A stretch of DNA of 64,000 bases, from positions 800,001-864,000 of the forward strand of contig CM000429.1 in NCBI GenBank assembly GCA_000165345.1, in the 5' to 3' direction. How positions within the stretch are numbered: position 1 is the first letter of the stretch; each line of letters begins with the position of its first letter. Positions 27,504-37,446 of the stretch are shown one piece after another. Below the pieces are notes generated by a model, which saw only the letters and a program-made list of their open reading frames with translations, made no database searches and was not told the origin of the DNA. A program made the position numbers and the translations under genes.

Positions 27504-28589
27504 ATAAGGATTTCACAAGAGGGGAAATTCAAAAGTGGGAAAGGACTAAATTTACAGATTTTTCTCACCCCTTTGGGTTTGCTTTGTAATATCCTGACGA
27601 ATTTTGTAATTTCGCAGAAAAACTACAACTATGCAACTTTATCTTATTTTTCTTCTTAATCCTAATTTGAATTGCTTTATAATTATTCTATAATGCAAAA
27701 TTTTTTAGTTGGCCCCCACAGCCCGCCTCATACCTACCTAATAGTACTATTTGACTCGAAGCATAAATCCACGATTTTTTGCATACCGGCATTCATGCAA
27801 ATCAATTGCATGTGGCCTAACCATTTTTTTTTCTGTCCACATGAAAAAAAAAATAATATTTAAGAATGAATTGTGTATCAGAAAAAAGAAAATAATTCAA
27901 TTTCTAAACATGTAAAATTATTATCTAATTGAATTTAAACGACTAAATACAGATTTATTAATTTTTGTGTGAATAACCTAAGTAATCATTAAAAAAATAG
28001 TTGATTATATAAATATTTAATTGTTCATAATATAAATTAGAAAATTCCAAATTTATTAGCCATCTAAATATATATCTGTATATATTAATTTACTCATTTA
28101 ATAATATATTTCATTTGTAAAATATTCTTTAATTATTGAATCTTGAAATCATTGCTGTTCTAAACCCTATTGTATAGCTAAACCATGAGAAATCCTAATT
28201 TAAATTAGCATTGCATAGACGTGTACGTTAGGGACTAAAGGAAAGACATGGAAAATGGCAGTTAGACATAAGGAAAAACAAGTGACTAGTGGTCATTAGA
28301 AGAAGTTGAGCTCCAACATTAGGAAAGATGCCAGATTTTTGACGTAAAGATTAGTGGTAACAAAGCTAGAATTTGGGATTTCCGTAATGCCTTAAGAGTT
28401 GATTACACGAGATAAACATACAGAAGTTAATAATTACTAAAACAAGTTGTGAATAGATTTTTTATAAAGTTAAGAATTGAAGAAACAAATGAAAAACTGA
28501 ATTAAATGAAGAAGAAACAAAGTTAAGTGAACATTATCTAATACAAATATTCTAAATAATCTGGTGGATTTTTTTTTTCCTTATTTAAA

Positions 28590-29951
28590 ATGAATTCTTT
28601 AAGCCTTTCTCACTCATTAGGAAAGAGTTATTTATTTGAGAGATACTCCAGATTTGGGATGAGTGACTCAATTATTCAAAGAAATTTTCAAAACCCAGTT
28701 TCTGTTTATAATGAGCTCTTGGCTACAGAATTACTACCAACAACAGAAAGTGACTTTTCTGCAATGGTCAAATTGAGAGTAGGATCTCAATCTATGGGAG
28801 TCCAAGAAAGAAGAAAATTAGGAAGTAAAAAGTTATATGGCGATGAAAATGAATATTCTCGATTAAATTCATGTGAAGTATTTGATCCATTTGCAACTGT
28901 TCCCTTGAGATCAGTTTCTATGGATCCAGCATGGCTATCATCAACAAATATGGGAATGGGTCCAATCTCTAGAAAAATTCCAAAAGGGCCATTCAAAATT
29001 TTAGATGCTCCTAACTTGCAAGATGATTTCTATTTGAATTTGGTTGACTGGAGCTCCACAAATTTACTAGCTGTTGGATTAAGCTCATCAGTTTATTTAT
29101 GGAGTGCATCCACATGTAAAGTTACCAATCTATTAAATCTCCAAGATCAAGACACTGTTACTAGTGTATCATGGACACAACAAGGTAATCATCTCGCTGT
29201 TGGAACTAGACAGGGTTCTGTTCAAATTTGGGATGTTGTAGAACAGAAAAAAGTACGCACTTTAAATGGACACAGAGCAAGAATCGGTGCAATGGACTGG
29301 TGTGGGCCAATCTTGGCAACAGGAGGAAGGGATCATACTGTATTATTAAGGGATGTAAGAGAACAGGAGCATTGGTGTAGCAGATGGTTGGGGCATAAAC
29401 AGGAAGTATGCGGAGTTAAATGGAGCCCAAATGAAATGCAATTAGCTACTGGGGGTAATGATAATAAGTTGCTTATATGGTCGCAAGGATATGATACTCC
29501 TGTGTGTCAGTTCCAAGAACATACTGCTGCTGTTAAAGCATTATCTTGGAATCCCCATCAGTCCGGACTCTTAGCATCAGGTGGAGGAACTGCTGATAGA
29601 CATATTCGTATATGGAATACTGTAACTAACTCATGTGTAATGGCAGTAGACACTGGTTCACAAGTATGTAATATTGCTTGGAGTGGGAATGTTAATGAAT
29701 TAGTATCTACTCATGGGTATAGTTTAAATCAGGTTATATTATGGAAATGGCCATCTATGCAGAAAATTGCAACTTTAACTGGTCATACATACAGAGTCTT
29801 ATATTTAGCAGTTTCTCCTGATGGCCAAACTATTGTAACTGGAGCAGGAGATGAAACTTTGAGATTTTGGCAAATATTTCCAACAGGGAGGCCAAAAGGA
29901 CCGAAAAATCTAGCGGCTTTATCGGTACCTAATGCACCAGCTATGAGATAA
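28590..29951 (+). CDS. CDC20: CDC20/CDH1 (Fizzy) family APC/C coactivator, WD40 propeller
   Basis: Seven WD40 blades with family-diagnostic strings (LNLVDWSSTNLLAVGL...VYLWSA; GHRARIGAMDW; GHKQEVCGVKWSP; LATGGNDNKLLIWS; HTAAVKALSWNPHQSGLLASGGGTADRHIRIWN; GHTYRVLYLAVSPDG...DETLRFW). C-terminal ...MR tail analogous to the IR tail. Confidence 0.85.
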   Translation: MNSLSLSHSLGKSYLFERYSRFGMSDSIIQRNFQNPVSVYNELLATELLPTTESDFSAMVKLRVGSQSMGVQERRKLGSKKLYGDENEYSRLNSCEVFDPFATVPLRSVSMDPAWLSSTNMGMGPISRKIPKGPFKILDAPNLQDDFYLNLVDWSSTNLLAVGLSSSVYLWSASTCKVTNLLNLQDQDTVTSVSWTQQGNHLAVGTRQGSVQIWDVVEQKKVRTLNGHRARIGAMDWCGPILATGGRDHTVLLRDVREQEHWCSRWLGHKQEVCGVKWSPNEMQLATGGNDNKLLIWSQGYDTPVCQFQEHTAAVKALSWNPHQSGLLASGGGTADRHIRIWNTVTNSCVMAVDTGSQVCNIAWSGNVNELVSTHGYSLNQVILWKWPSMQKIATLTGHTYRVLYLAVSPDGQTIVTGAGDETLRFWQIFPTGRPKGPKNLAALSVPNAPAMR

Positions 29952-30163
29952 ACTTAATTCAATATAAATGTAGAAATATATTAATAAATTATATATGTAA
30001 TATTGTTTGCTATTATCATTCTTTTTTCTTTTAAAACAATTTATCTAATTTAGTTGGGAAATATTTTATAATAATGATGAGTTGTGTTCCATTTTAACAT
30101 TGGAAAATACAAAATGCAAAATCCTGTAATATTGTTAAATTTACTTATACAGGGCTCCTTATA

Positions 30164-32251
30164 TTATCTCTTAAGGTATTGTGCCCAGGATGACTCAATG
30201 GATTTAATACACTCAGGATTTGCAACCGTTGAAATATCTCCATAGTCATTGCAACCAGTAGCAATCTTTCTAAGAAGACGTCTTACAACTTTTCCTGATC
30301 TTGTTTTAGGGATATTCTCAACAACAATAATATGATCAGGTGTTGCCACAGGGCCGATTTGGGTCCTGACACACATCCTAAGTTCATATTCAAAAGGATG
30401 AGGACTTGAATTATTCAAGTCAAAAGTTCTATTACCAGAATCCTTTAAAACTACAAAGCAAACAAGAGCATTACCTTTAACATCATGATCAATTGCAACA
30501 GCTGCAGCTTCTGCAATGCCAAAATGGTTGGTAAGAGCATCTTCAATTTCCTTAGAGCTTAGTCTATGACCAGAAACATTAATTGTATCGTCAATTCTAC
30601 CAGTAATCCAAAGATATCCATCCTGATCTCTTAAAACACCATCCCCAGTAAAATAGTATCCGGGGAATGGTTTTGTATAAAGATCTTCATGAAGATAATG
30701 AGCTCCAAAAATACCTCTAAACATACCTGGCCATGAGTTTTTTATACAAAGAACTCCAGACCCTGGTCCATCAATTTCTTTTCCTGTATCAGGATCAAGT
30801 ATCGCAGGCTCAATACCAAAGAAGGGAAATGTTGCTGAACCAGGTTTAGTATCAAAACAACCAGGAATTGGAGCAATAACAATTCCTCCTGTCTCAGTTT
30901 GCCAATAAGTATCAACTATAGAACATCTCTCTTCACCAACAACTGAATGGTACCATCTCCATGCAGAGGGATTAATAGGCTCTCCAACTGATCCTAGAAC
31001 TCTCAATGATGATCTATCGTGTTTTTTAACAAAATCATCTCCAAGGCGTTTAAGAGTTCTGATTGCAGTTGGAGCAGCGTAAAAATGAGTAATTCTGTGT
31101 CTCTCCACCATTTCCCAGTATCTCCCAGCATTAGGATAAGTCGGTACTCCCTCAAAAATTAAAGTGGTTATACCATTACAAAGAGGAGCATATACCAAGT
31201 AAGAGTGGCCAGTAATCCAACCAATATCTCCAGCACATCCAAAAATATCCCCAGGATGAATGTTGAATAAGTACTTTTGTGTAACAGCAGCATAAAGTAA
31301 GTATCCTGCAGTAGAGTGTTGAACACCTTTTGGAGTTCCAGTACTACCTGAGGTATATAAATAAAATAGTGGATCCTCACTATCCATGTCTTCTAAAGGA
31401 CAATAAGGTTTTTCAGATCTCATTAAAGTTTCTCCATCAAAATCTCTTCCCTTGACAAATTCAATAGGTCCATTCAAGTGTCTAAAAACAATGCATGTTT
31501 TAATCTCAGGAATCTTTTCAAGAGCTTTATCAACAACATCTTTCAAGTTAATAATCTTCTTACCTCTGGATCCTTGATCTGCAGTTACTACTATTTTACA
31601 TCTAGCATTAACAAGTCTCTCAAGAAGATTCTGAGCTGCAAATCCAGCAAAAACTACCATATGTACAGCTCCTATTCTAGCGCAAGCTAACATAGTATAT
31701 ATAGTTTCAGGTATCATTGGCATATAAATACCAACAGAATCACCTTTTTTGATACCAAATCGTTTCAAAACATTGGCCATTTTACAAACGTTTCTAAACA
31801 GTTCAATATAGCTAATATGTCTAATAGATGATGGATCATCTCCTTCCCAAATTAATGCAGTAGTATTTGGTTGTATTTCAGCCCATCTATCTACGCAATT
31901 ATCGCATACATTTAACTTTCCATTCAAAAACCAAGCAAGTCTATCTTGAAGACAAGTACCAGAACTCCTTACTTTAGTAAAATCTCTTAGCCATCGAAGT
32001 TCTTTTCTAGCCATTTGGCTCCAAAAACCCTCAGGATCTCTAATACTTTGTTCGTAGAGTTCTTTATATTTATCAATCCCATCTACTCTATAAGGCTTAT
32101 CAGCAGGAGTTGGTTTTGATTTGTATGTTTCGTGAAATGGCAAGTTCTTGGAACGAGTTGCAACGGTATCCATGTTCTCAGTAAGTACTGATGAATCATT
32201 TAATTCATCATTATTGTTAGAACATGGCGATCTAGGTCTTTTATCACTCAT
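30164..32251 (-). CDS. ACS: Acetyl-CoA synthetase (AMP-forming, acetate--CoA ligase)
   Basis: Full-length collinear match to the ACS family. AMP-binding signature YTSGSTGTPKG. WQTETGG, YLWITGRIDDTINVSGHRL and the C-terminal IPKTRSGKVVRRLLRK motifs. Confidence 0.9.
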   Translation of the reverse strand: MSDKRPRSPCSNNNDELNDSSVLTENMDTVATRSKNLPFHETYKSKPTPADKPYRVDGIDKYKELYEQSIRDPEGFWSQMARKELRWLRDFTKVRSSGTCLQDRLAWFLNGKLNVCDNCVDRWAEIQPNTTALIWEGDDPSSIRHISYIELFRNVCKMANVLKRFGIKKGDSVGIYMPMIPETIYTMLACARIGAVHMVVFAGFAAQNLLERLVNARCKIVVTADQGSRGKKIINLKDVVDKALEKIPEIKTCIVFRHLNGPIEFVKGRDFDGETLMRSEKPYCPLEDMDSEDPLFYLYTSGSTGTPKGVQHSTAGYLLYAAVTQKYLFNIHPGDIFGCAGDIGWITGHSYLVYAPLCNGITTLIFEGVPTYPNAGRYWEMVERHRITHFYAAPTAIRTLKRLGDDFVKKHDRSSLRVLGSVGEPINPSAWRWYHSVVGEERCSIVDTYWQTETGGIVIAPIPGCFDTKPGSATFPFFGIEPAILDPDTGKEIDGPGSGVLCIKNSWPGMFRGIFGAHYLHEDLYTKPFPGYYFTGDGVLRDQDGYLWITGRIDDTINVSGHRLSSKEIEDALTNHFGIAEAAAVAIDHDVKGNALVCFVVLKDSGNRTFDLNNSSPHPFEYELRMCVRTQIGPVATPDHIIVVENIPKTRSGKVVRRLLRKIATGCNDYGDISTVANPECIKSIESSWAQYLKR

Positions 32252-32887
32252 TTTTTTTCAATAATTATTAATATAATATACTAATGTGAGGCAAAATCTT
32301 AAGAGTAACAAGAAGAATTCCAAATAAAACTCTATTTTACTCTTCAATCTCCCAGAAAGTAATTAAGGCAAAAGCCTTTAATATAAAATAGGAAATAAAA
32401 ACACTCTACTGAAAATAAAAAAAGATTAATATCAACCAATGTGACGCTCCTCCAGAAGAATTCGAAGATCCAATAATTCTAATATCTTGGATCCTTATTT
32501 ACTTTCGTTCTCCAGACTCTGCAATACTCCTGGAATAATAATATTCTAGGTTACTATTTATTATCAATTTGTATTAAACTGTATTTGTAATTTGCATATA
32601 TTTTGGTGATTAATATATCAAGATGCATAAATATGTGCATAAATTTTGCACCAATACATGAATCAAAATTAGCTTAAAATAGTAAAACTAATTATTTAAG
32701 TTACCAACAAAAAGTCGAACTTTATGCTCGTAAGTTAATTTCCCCCTGCTCTGCACCTCTCCCCCCCCCTTTCCTACCCCTCAACTCTATTTTACTAATA
32801 CTAACCCATTTATATTATTAATTCCTAATATTGAAATCCCCTCACAATAATAATATCATTCATAAGTAATGTCTATTCCCGCCCAAA

Positions 32888-32898
32888 TTTTGGCGGTA
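32888..32898 (+). promoter_or_regulatory. E2F-like TTTTGGCGGTA ~70 bp upstream of the PIG-M ATG
   Basis: GGCGG core in T-rich context. Confidence 0.4.
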
Positions 32899-32966
32899 TC
32901 GAACTTTTATTTATTTTAATAATTTTTTTTTTTAAGATAATTATCTGGGAAAGATAAAGAGGTGAA

Positions 32967-34547
32967 ATGTTGTCGGAAAGGACGATAGGGAAGGCATTTA
33001 GGTATGTTGTAGAGCATGTATACCTTTCTACTACATGCCTACATCTGCTAGTTTTGTCTTATGGTCTTCTCCAAGATAGATTCAATGTTTCAGTCAAGTT
33101 TACTGACATTGACTATATGGTAAGTATTATTCTACTACTCAAGTGGGATTGGTATTTTTTTTATTAAAAGTACATTTGAGTTCTCAAGACTCCCACCCCA
33201 CACTTTAATATTTTCTTTGAGCCGAGTTATTCCATATTTAGGTTTTTACGGATGCAGCCAAGGCTGTTCTTCAAGGAAAGTCTCCATATACAAGGCATAC
33301 ATATAGATATACTCCCCTATTGGCATATATTGCCTCAATTAATATCATATTCAAAATGGAAATTCTTTCTAAACTACTATTTTGTGCTGTGAATATACTT
33401 TCAGGTAAAATCCTCGAATGGCTACTTATCTTGTTGGATGTAGACAACGAAACAAAGATTAAAGGAAGCGTTACTTTGAGAAGATTTCTCATTTCCACAT
33501 GGTTACTTAATCCATTTCCTGTTGTAATTGCAGCTAGAGGAAGTGCTGATATTATTCCGTCCATTCTTGTCCTTATCACAATATACTTCTTAATGAAGGC
33601 CAAATATGACAGCTTTAATAACAAAATCAATATTATTATTTCAGCATTCTTCTTTGGTCTTTCCGTTCACTTCAAACTTTATCCTGTTATATATGGCTTT
33701 CCCTTTATCTTCTTTATCAATCCAAACTATCTCAAAAAAGACAGGTCGCTATTCTGGTATATACTCAACCTTCCAATCAAGATATTTACTACTTTGAACA
33801 TAGACCAACTCATTTTTGGATTAGTCAGTTTTTCTACAATTGTTTCATTGATCTCATTCTTCTATTATCTGTATGGTTGGGAATTCCTTTATGAAACTTA
33901 TTTATATCATGCAATCAGAAAAGATCACAGACACAATTTTTCGGTCTTCTTTTATCTTTTTTACCTCACAATGTACTCAGTGAAAGAAGTCCTCGCATCC
34001 AATTTTGTATACAAAGCTCTTCCATATATTGCTTCCATCCCCCAAATGTTTTTGGTTGCATTATCAGGAATTTCTCTTGTGAGAGAAGGTGAATGTATTA
34101 TGGCTATTTTTTGTCAGACTGTCTTATTTGTGGCTTTCAACAAAGTTTGCACATCTCAATACTTCTTATGGTGGTTTATACTATTCCCTCTTGCTCTCAG
34201 AGTATATTTGACTAATAATATTGCTCAACTAGACGAATCTAAAGGGATTATTCACTCAGCAAGTGCATCATTTACCCCGATTCTTATTTCACTAGGAGTC
34301 TGGCTAATTACTAAACTTTCATGGTTATATTTTGCATATAACATAGAAATGCTTGGACAACCATACTTTTTAAGCGTAAGTTTTTAAGGAAACTAATCCT
34401 TTTTATCATTTCTTTTTTAACTAATTCTCAACTTTTTTTTTTTAGCTCTTCCATTCAAGTATACTATTCTTGTTAGCTAATATCAGTATTGTTCTGGTTT
34501 TCTTGAAAAAGAGCAATTCATCGTCACTAAGGGTCAAATCTGAATGA
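32967..34547 (+). CDS. PIGM: GPI mannosyltransferase I (PIG-M/GPI14), three exons join(32967..33119,33242..34375,34446..34547)
   Basis: Exon 1 ends ...LLQDRFNVSVKFTDIDYM|GTAAGT. Exon 2 begins at TAG|GTT TTT ACG GAT GCA GCC, that is VFTDAAKAVLQGKSPYTRHTYRYTPLL. Together they reconstitute the PIG-M signature YTDIDYQVFTDAARFV...RATYRYTPLL. The ORF track shows only 32967..33167 and 33320..34387 (TTG start). Exon 2 ends ...WLYFAYNIEMLGQPYFLS|GTAAGT, and a TTTTTTTTTAG acceptor at 34445 leads to a hydrophobic C-terminal exon (LFHSSILFLLANISIVLVFL...), stop at 34545-34547. Confidence 0.75.
33120..33241 (+). other. PIG-M intron 1 (122 nt, GTAAGT...TTTAG)
   Basis: The donor lies immediately after the DIDYM codon. 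Homology continues exactly at the acceptor (VFTDAA). Confidence 0.8.
34376..34445 (+). other. PIG-M intron 2 (70 nt, GTAAGT...T10AG), less certain
   Basis: GTAAGTTTTTAA at the end of the ORF. A poly-T/AG acceptor follows, then a 33-codon hydrophobic exon matching the expected last TM helix of PIG-M. Confidence 0.5.
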
Positions 34548-34952
34548 ATTATTATTGAAGGTTATATGTTTCATCCTCTAATTTGAATAAATTCCGTATT
34601 CTTAATTATACTCCAGCTACCTATTGTTTCCTTATGGGTTAATTTTTGAGTACATAAGAATAATGTAAATTAAGAACTTTGATTTCCTAAGAGTTTTCTT
34701 TGGAAATTAGATTAATGATAAAGCTTTTTTATAGTTTCTTAACTTTACCTAATTAGAAGTCATTACTTTACTGTTTATATGTATTTCTTCTTTATTCCAC
34801 TGTTAATGAAGTGGATTTATTATTAATTTTTCGCTCGTTACCTATAAGAGTAACTACAAATAGATAAAAGTAGTTTATAAAAGGAAAAAAGTTTAGAATT
34901 TGATAATTATTTTTATAAGGTATGAAATAAACTGAATAAAGAATAGAGTTTA

Positions 34953-37043
34953 CTAAAATACAGTTACAGCTTTTGCCAATCCTCTTGGCTTATCTGGATT
35001 AATACCTCTTTTTATAGCCAAGTAATATGCTATAAGCTGTAATGGAATCACAGCATTTAAAGCAGTAAGAGGACCATTTGAAGGAATTAAAACTTTTTCA
35101 CAATCAATATCTTTGCATAAATTTTCATCATCTGTTATACAAATAACTCTAGCTCCTCTAGCCTTAACTTGCTGTGCAACATTCATCATTAAAGATTGAT
35201 TTTCGTCAGAAAGAATGACTAAAATAACAGGTGTTTGAGAATCCTTATCAATTAATGCAAAAGGTCCATGTTTTAGAGCTCCAGCTGAATAACCTTCAGA
35301 ATGTATATAAGATATTTCCTTAATTTTGAGAGCACCTTCAAGTGCTACAGGATAGCCATAACCTTTACCTAAAACAAAGATAGAGTTATTATCTTTAATC
35401 ATTTCAGCAATTTGTTCGCATTGATCTTTGGCTTGTAATGAAACTCCAACACTGATTGGAACTCTGTGAATTGCTTCAAGTAATTCCTGACATCTTTGGG
35501 AAATAACACTATCCCTATTTTGGGCAAACCAAGCAGCAATAAGTGATAATACAAGAACTTGAGTGGAGAAAGCTTTGGTAGAAGCAACAGCAACTTCCCT
35601 TCCAGCGTTCAAATAAACCCCACAGCCAGTAGTTCTAGCAAGCATAGAACCTACAACATTTACAACAGATATTTTGGGGATCCCAAGTTTATCTGCAATA
35701 TTGATGGCTTTAACAGTATCAGCAGTTTCCCCACTTTGTGAAATAGCTATAGCTCCAGCATGTTCACGTGGAAACCCAGTAACAAAAATCTCAGAAGCAT
35801 CTTTAGCACTTACTGTATTAAATCCGCTGATATGTTCCATCAAAAGCTGAGCAAATAGAGCTGCATGAAAACTTGTACCACATCCTAACAGAATCATATT
35901 TTGAACATTTTTCAATTCATCTAATCTTTGATCCAATCCTCCAAGTTTCACCATATTATTATAGGGAGAAATCCGACCTCCAAAGTTTAATGACCTTGCT
36001 AAAGCATGTGGTTGGTCGTAAATTTCTTTTAGTGTCCAATGGAGATATGGGGAAGGAGAAGACTCAACTTTTTCATGGTCAATGGATAATAATCTTGAAG
36101 GAGTAATCAATTTGTTAATACCTTCATGAGATAATAAAGCAATTTCACCATCTTGTAAAGCAACATACTGATTTGTATAATTTGCTAAAGCTGATGTTTC
36201 TGAAGCAATATAAATATGTCCAGATTGTACTCCAACAAGTAAAGGAGATCCATGTCTAGCAAGTATCATTAAATCTTTATAGTCTTTATGTAGAACAGCA
36301 ATTCCCCAAGTTCCTTGCAAACGAGAAAGAGCCTTTTGAACAGCATTTTGAAAATCCTCTCCATCATCTAGATAACTACCAATCAAGTTTGCAATTACCT
36401 CTGTATCTGTTTCTGATTGAAATTTGATTCCTTTTTCCATTAATTCAGACTTCAAAGAACAATAATTATCTATTGTACCATTATGTACAATACTAATTCT
36501 TTTTTTATAGTCTTGATGTGGATGAGCATTAAAGTCGGTCTTCCCTCCATGAGTAGCCCATCTTGTATGTGCAATACCAATATGGTGGTTTCCATGTAAT
36601 AGCTCAGAATCGTTCTTAAGCCTTTCAATTGAATCCCCAGATTCTTTAGATGAGTATTTGGTGGTTATTAATTCTCCTTGATCATCTATTGTACTCATTC
36701 CACATGAATCATACCCTCTATTTTGAAGTATTTCTATTCCCTGCATTAAAACCTTTTGAGCGTCACCTGAACCAATATATCCTATAATACCACAGCAGTA
36801 AGCTTTATTAGGAACGGAAAAAATGCTGTTTTTTCTTCCTGTTTTGCAAAGACTCCCAATACTTTCAGAAATCATTCCAAATATACGGCTTCCTCTCAAA
36901 AAATCAAGTTTTTGCTCATCTTTCATAGTCTTTGTTAACCTCTCAAATCTATAAAATTTAGATTTTTCATTCTTTTCCTTCAAATCATCATTAATACGGT
37001 TCACAATTGGCACCAAGAATTTGTATTTGGAACTAAAATTCAT
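34953..37043 (-). CDS. GFPT: Glutamine:fructose-6-phosphate amidotransferase (GFAT/GlmS) with ~83-aa N-terminal extension
   Basis: Class-II Gln amidotransferase domain CGIIGYIGSGDAQKVLMQGIEILQNRGYDSCGMS. Two SIS domains (GCGTSFHAALFAQ...; SQSGETADT...). The C-terminal ...KAVTVF resembles the conserved GFAT C-terminus. The nucleophile Cys is preceded by 83 residues from the ATG at 37043. Confidence 0.85.
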   Translation of the reverse strand: MNFSSKYKFLVPIVNRINDDLKEKNEKSKFYRFERLTKTMKDEQKLDFLRGSRIFGMISESIGSLCKTGRKNSIFSVPNKAYCCGIIGYIGSGDAQKVLMQGIEILQNRGYDSCGMSTIDDQGELITTKYSSKESGDSIERLKNDSELLHGNHHIGIAHTRWATHGGKTDFNAHPHQDYKKRISIVHNGTIDNYCSLKSELMEKGIKFQSETDTEVIANLIGSYLDDGEDFQNAVQKALSRLQGTWGIAVLHKDYKDLMILARHGSPLLVGVQSGHIYIASETSALANYTNQYVALQDGEIALLSHEGINKLITPSRLLSIDHEKVESSPSPYLHWTLKEIYDQPHALARSLNFGGRISPYNNMVKLGGLDQRLDELKNVQNMILLGCGTSFHAALFAQLLMEHISGFNTVSAKDASEIFVTGFPREHAGAIAISQSGETADTVKAINIADKLGIPKISVVNVVGSMLARTTGCGVYLNAGREVAVASTKAFSTQVLVLSLIAAWFAQNRDSVISQRCQELLEAIHRVPISVGVSLQAKDQCEQIAEMIKDNNSIFVLGKGYGYPVALEGALKIKEISYIHSEGYSAGALKHGPFALIDKDSQTPVILVILSDENQSLMMNVAQQVKARGARVICITDDENLCKDIDCEKVLIPSNGPLTALNAVIPLQLIAYYLAIKRGINPDKPRGLAKAVTVF

Positions 37044-37156
37044 TATCTATCAATTAAAATTTAAAACCTTTGATTCCAATTTTCTAAACCTTTTTCTCTC
37101 CTTATTTTTTGCCTTTTGAAATTATTGATACAAAAATATTTGCATAAAAAATATGC

Positions 37157-37254
37157 AATGGCGCCAACTCTCCCCACGCAATTATAACTTTGTATTGCTA
37201 ATTTTAATGTAAATTCAACAGTTAATATATGTGGGGTGAATTTGGCGGCAAATT
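37157..37254. promoter_or_regulatory. Paired E2F-like sites (AATGGCGCCAAC at 37157; GTGGGGTGAATTTGGCGGCAAATT at 37231-37254) in the divergent GFAT/ankyrin-TM promoter
   Basis: GGCGCCAA and TTTGGCGGCAAA with an adjacent G-box GTGGGG. Confidence 0.5.
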
Positions 37255-37446
37255 GTGAAGGTACCGTAAAGAATTTAAAAAAGGTAATAATGTCGATATA
37301 TTACAAGAAGTGAATACATGAAAATTATATTAATTAATTGATATAAAAAATTAGCAATTAAAATAAAACCAATTAGTTAATTTGGTGATAAATAGTATTG
37401 CGTATATTTTTTTTTAAGAGATTATAATGGATATTTGTGATTAACA

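Noticed and set aside
27672-27863. 63-aa ORF in the aspartyl-protease/CDC20 promoter region
   Set aside because: Short, with no supporting signals. It overlaps the GCCCGCC regulatory motif region.
36780-37043. Splice model that would give GFAT a canonical Met-Cys N-terminus
   Set aside because: No AG immediately precedes TGTGGT or its sub-codon positions, and no ATG-GT donor lies upstream in the transcribed orientation. No two-exon solution was found, so the extension stays as an open question.
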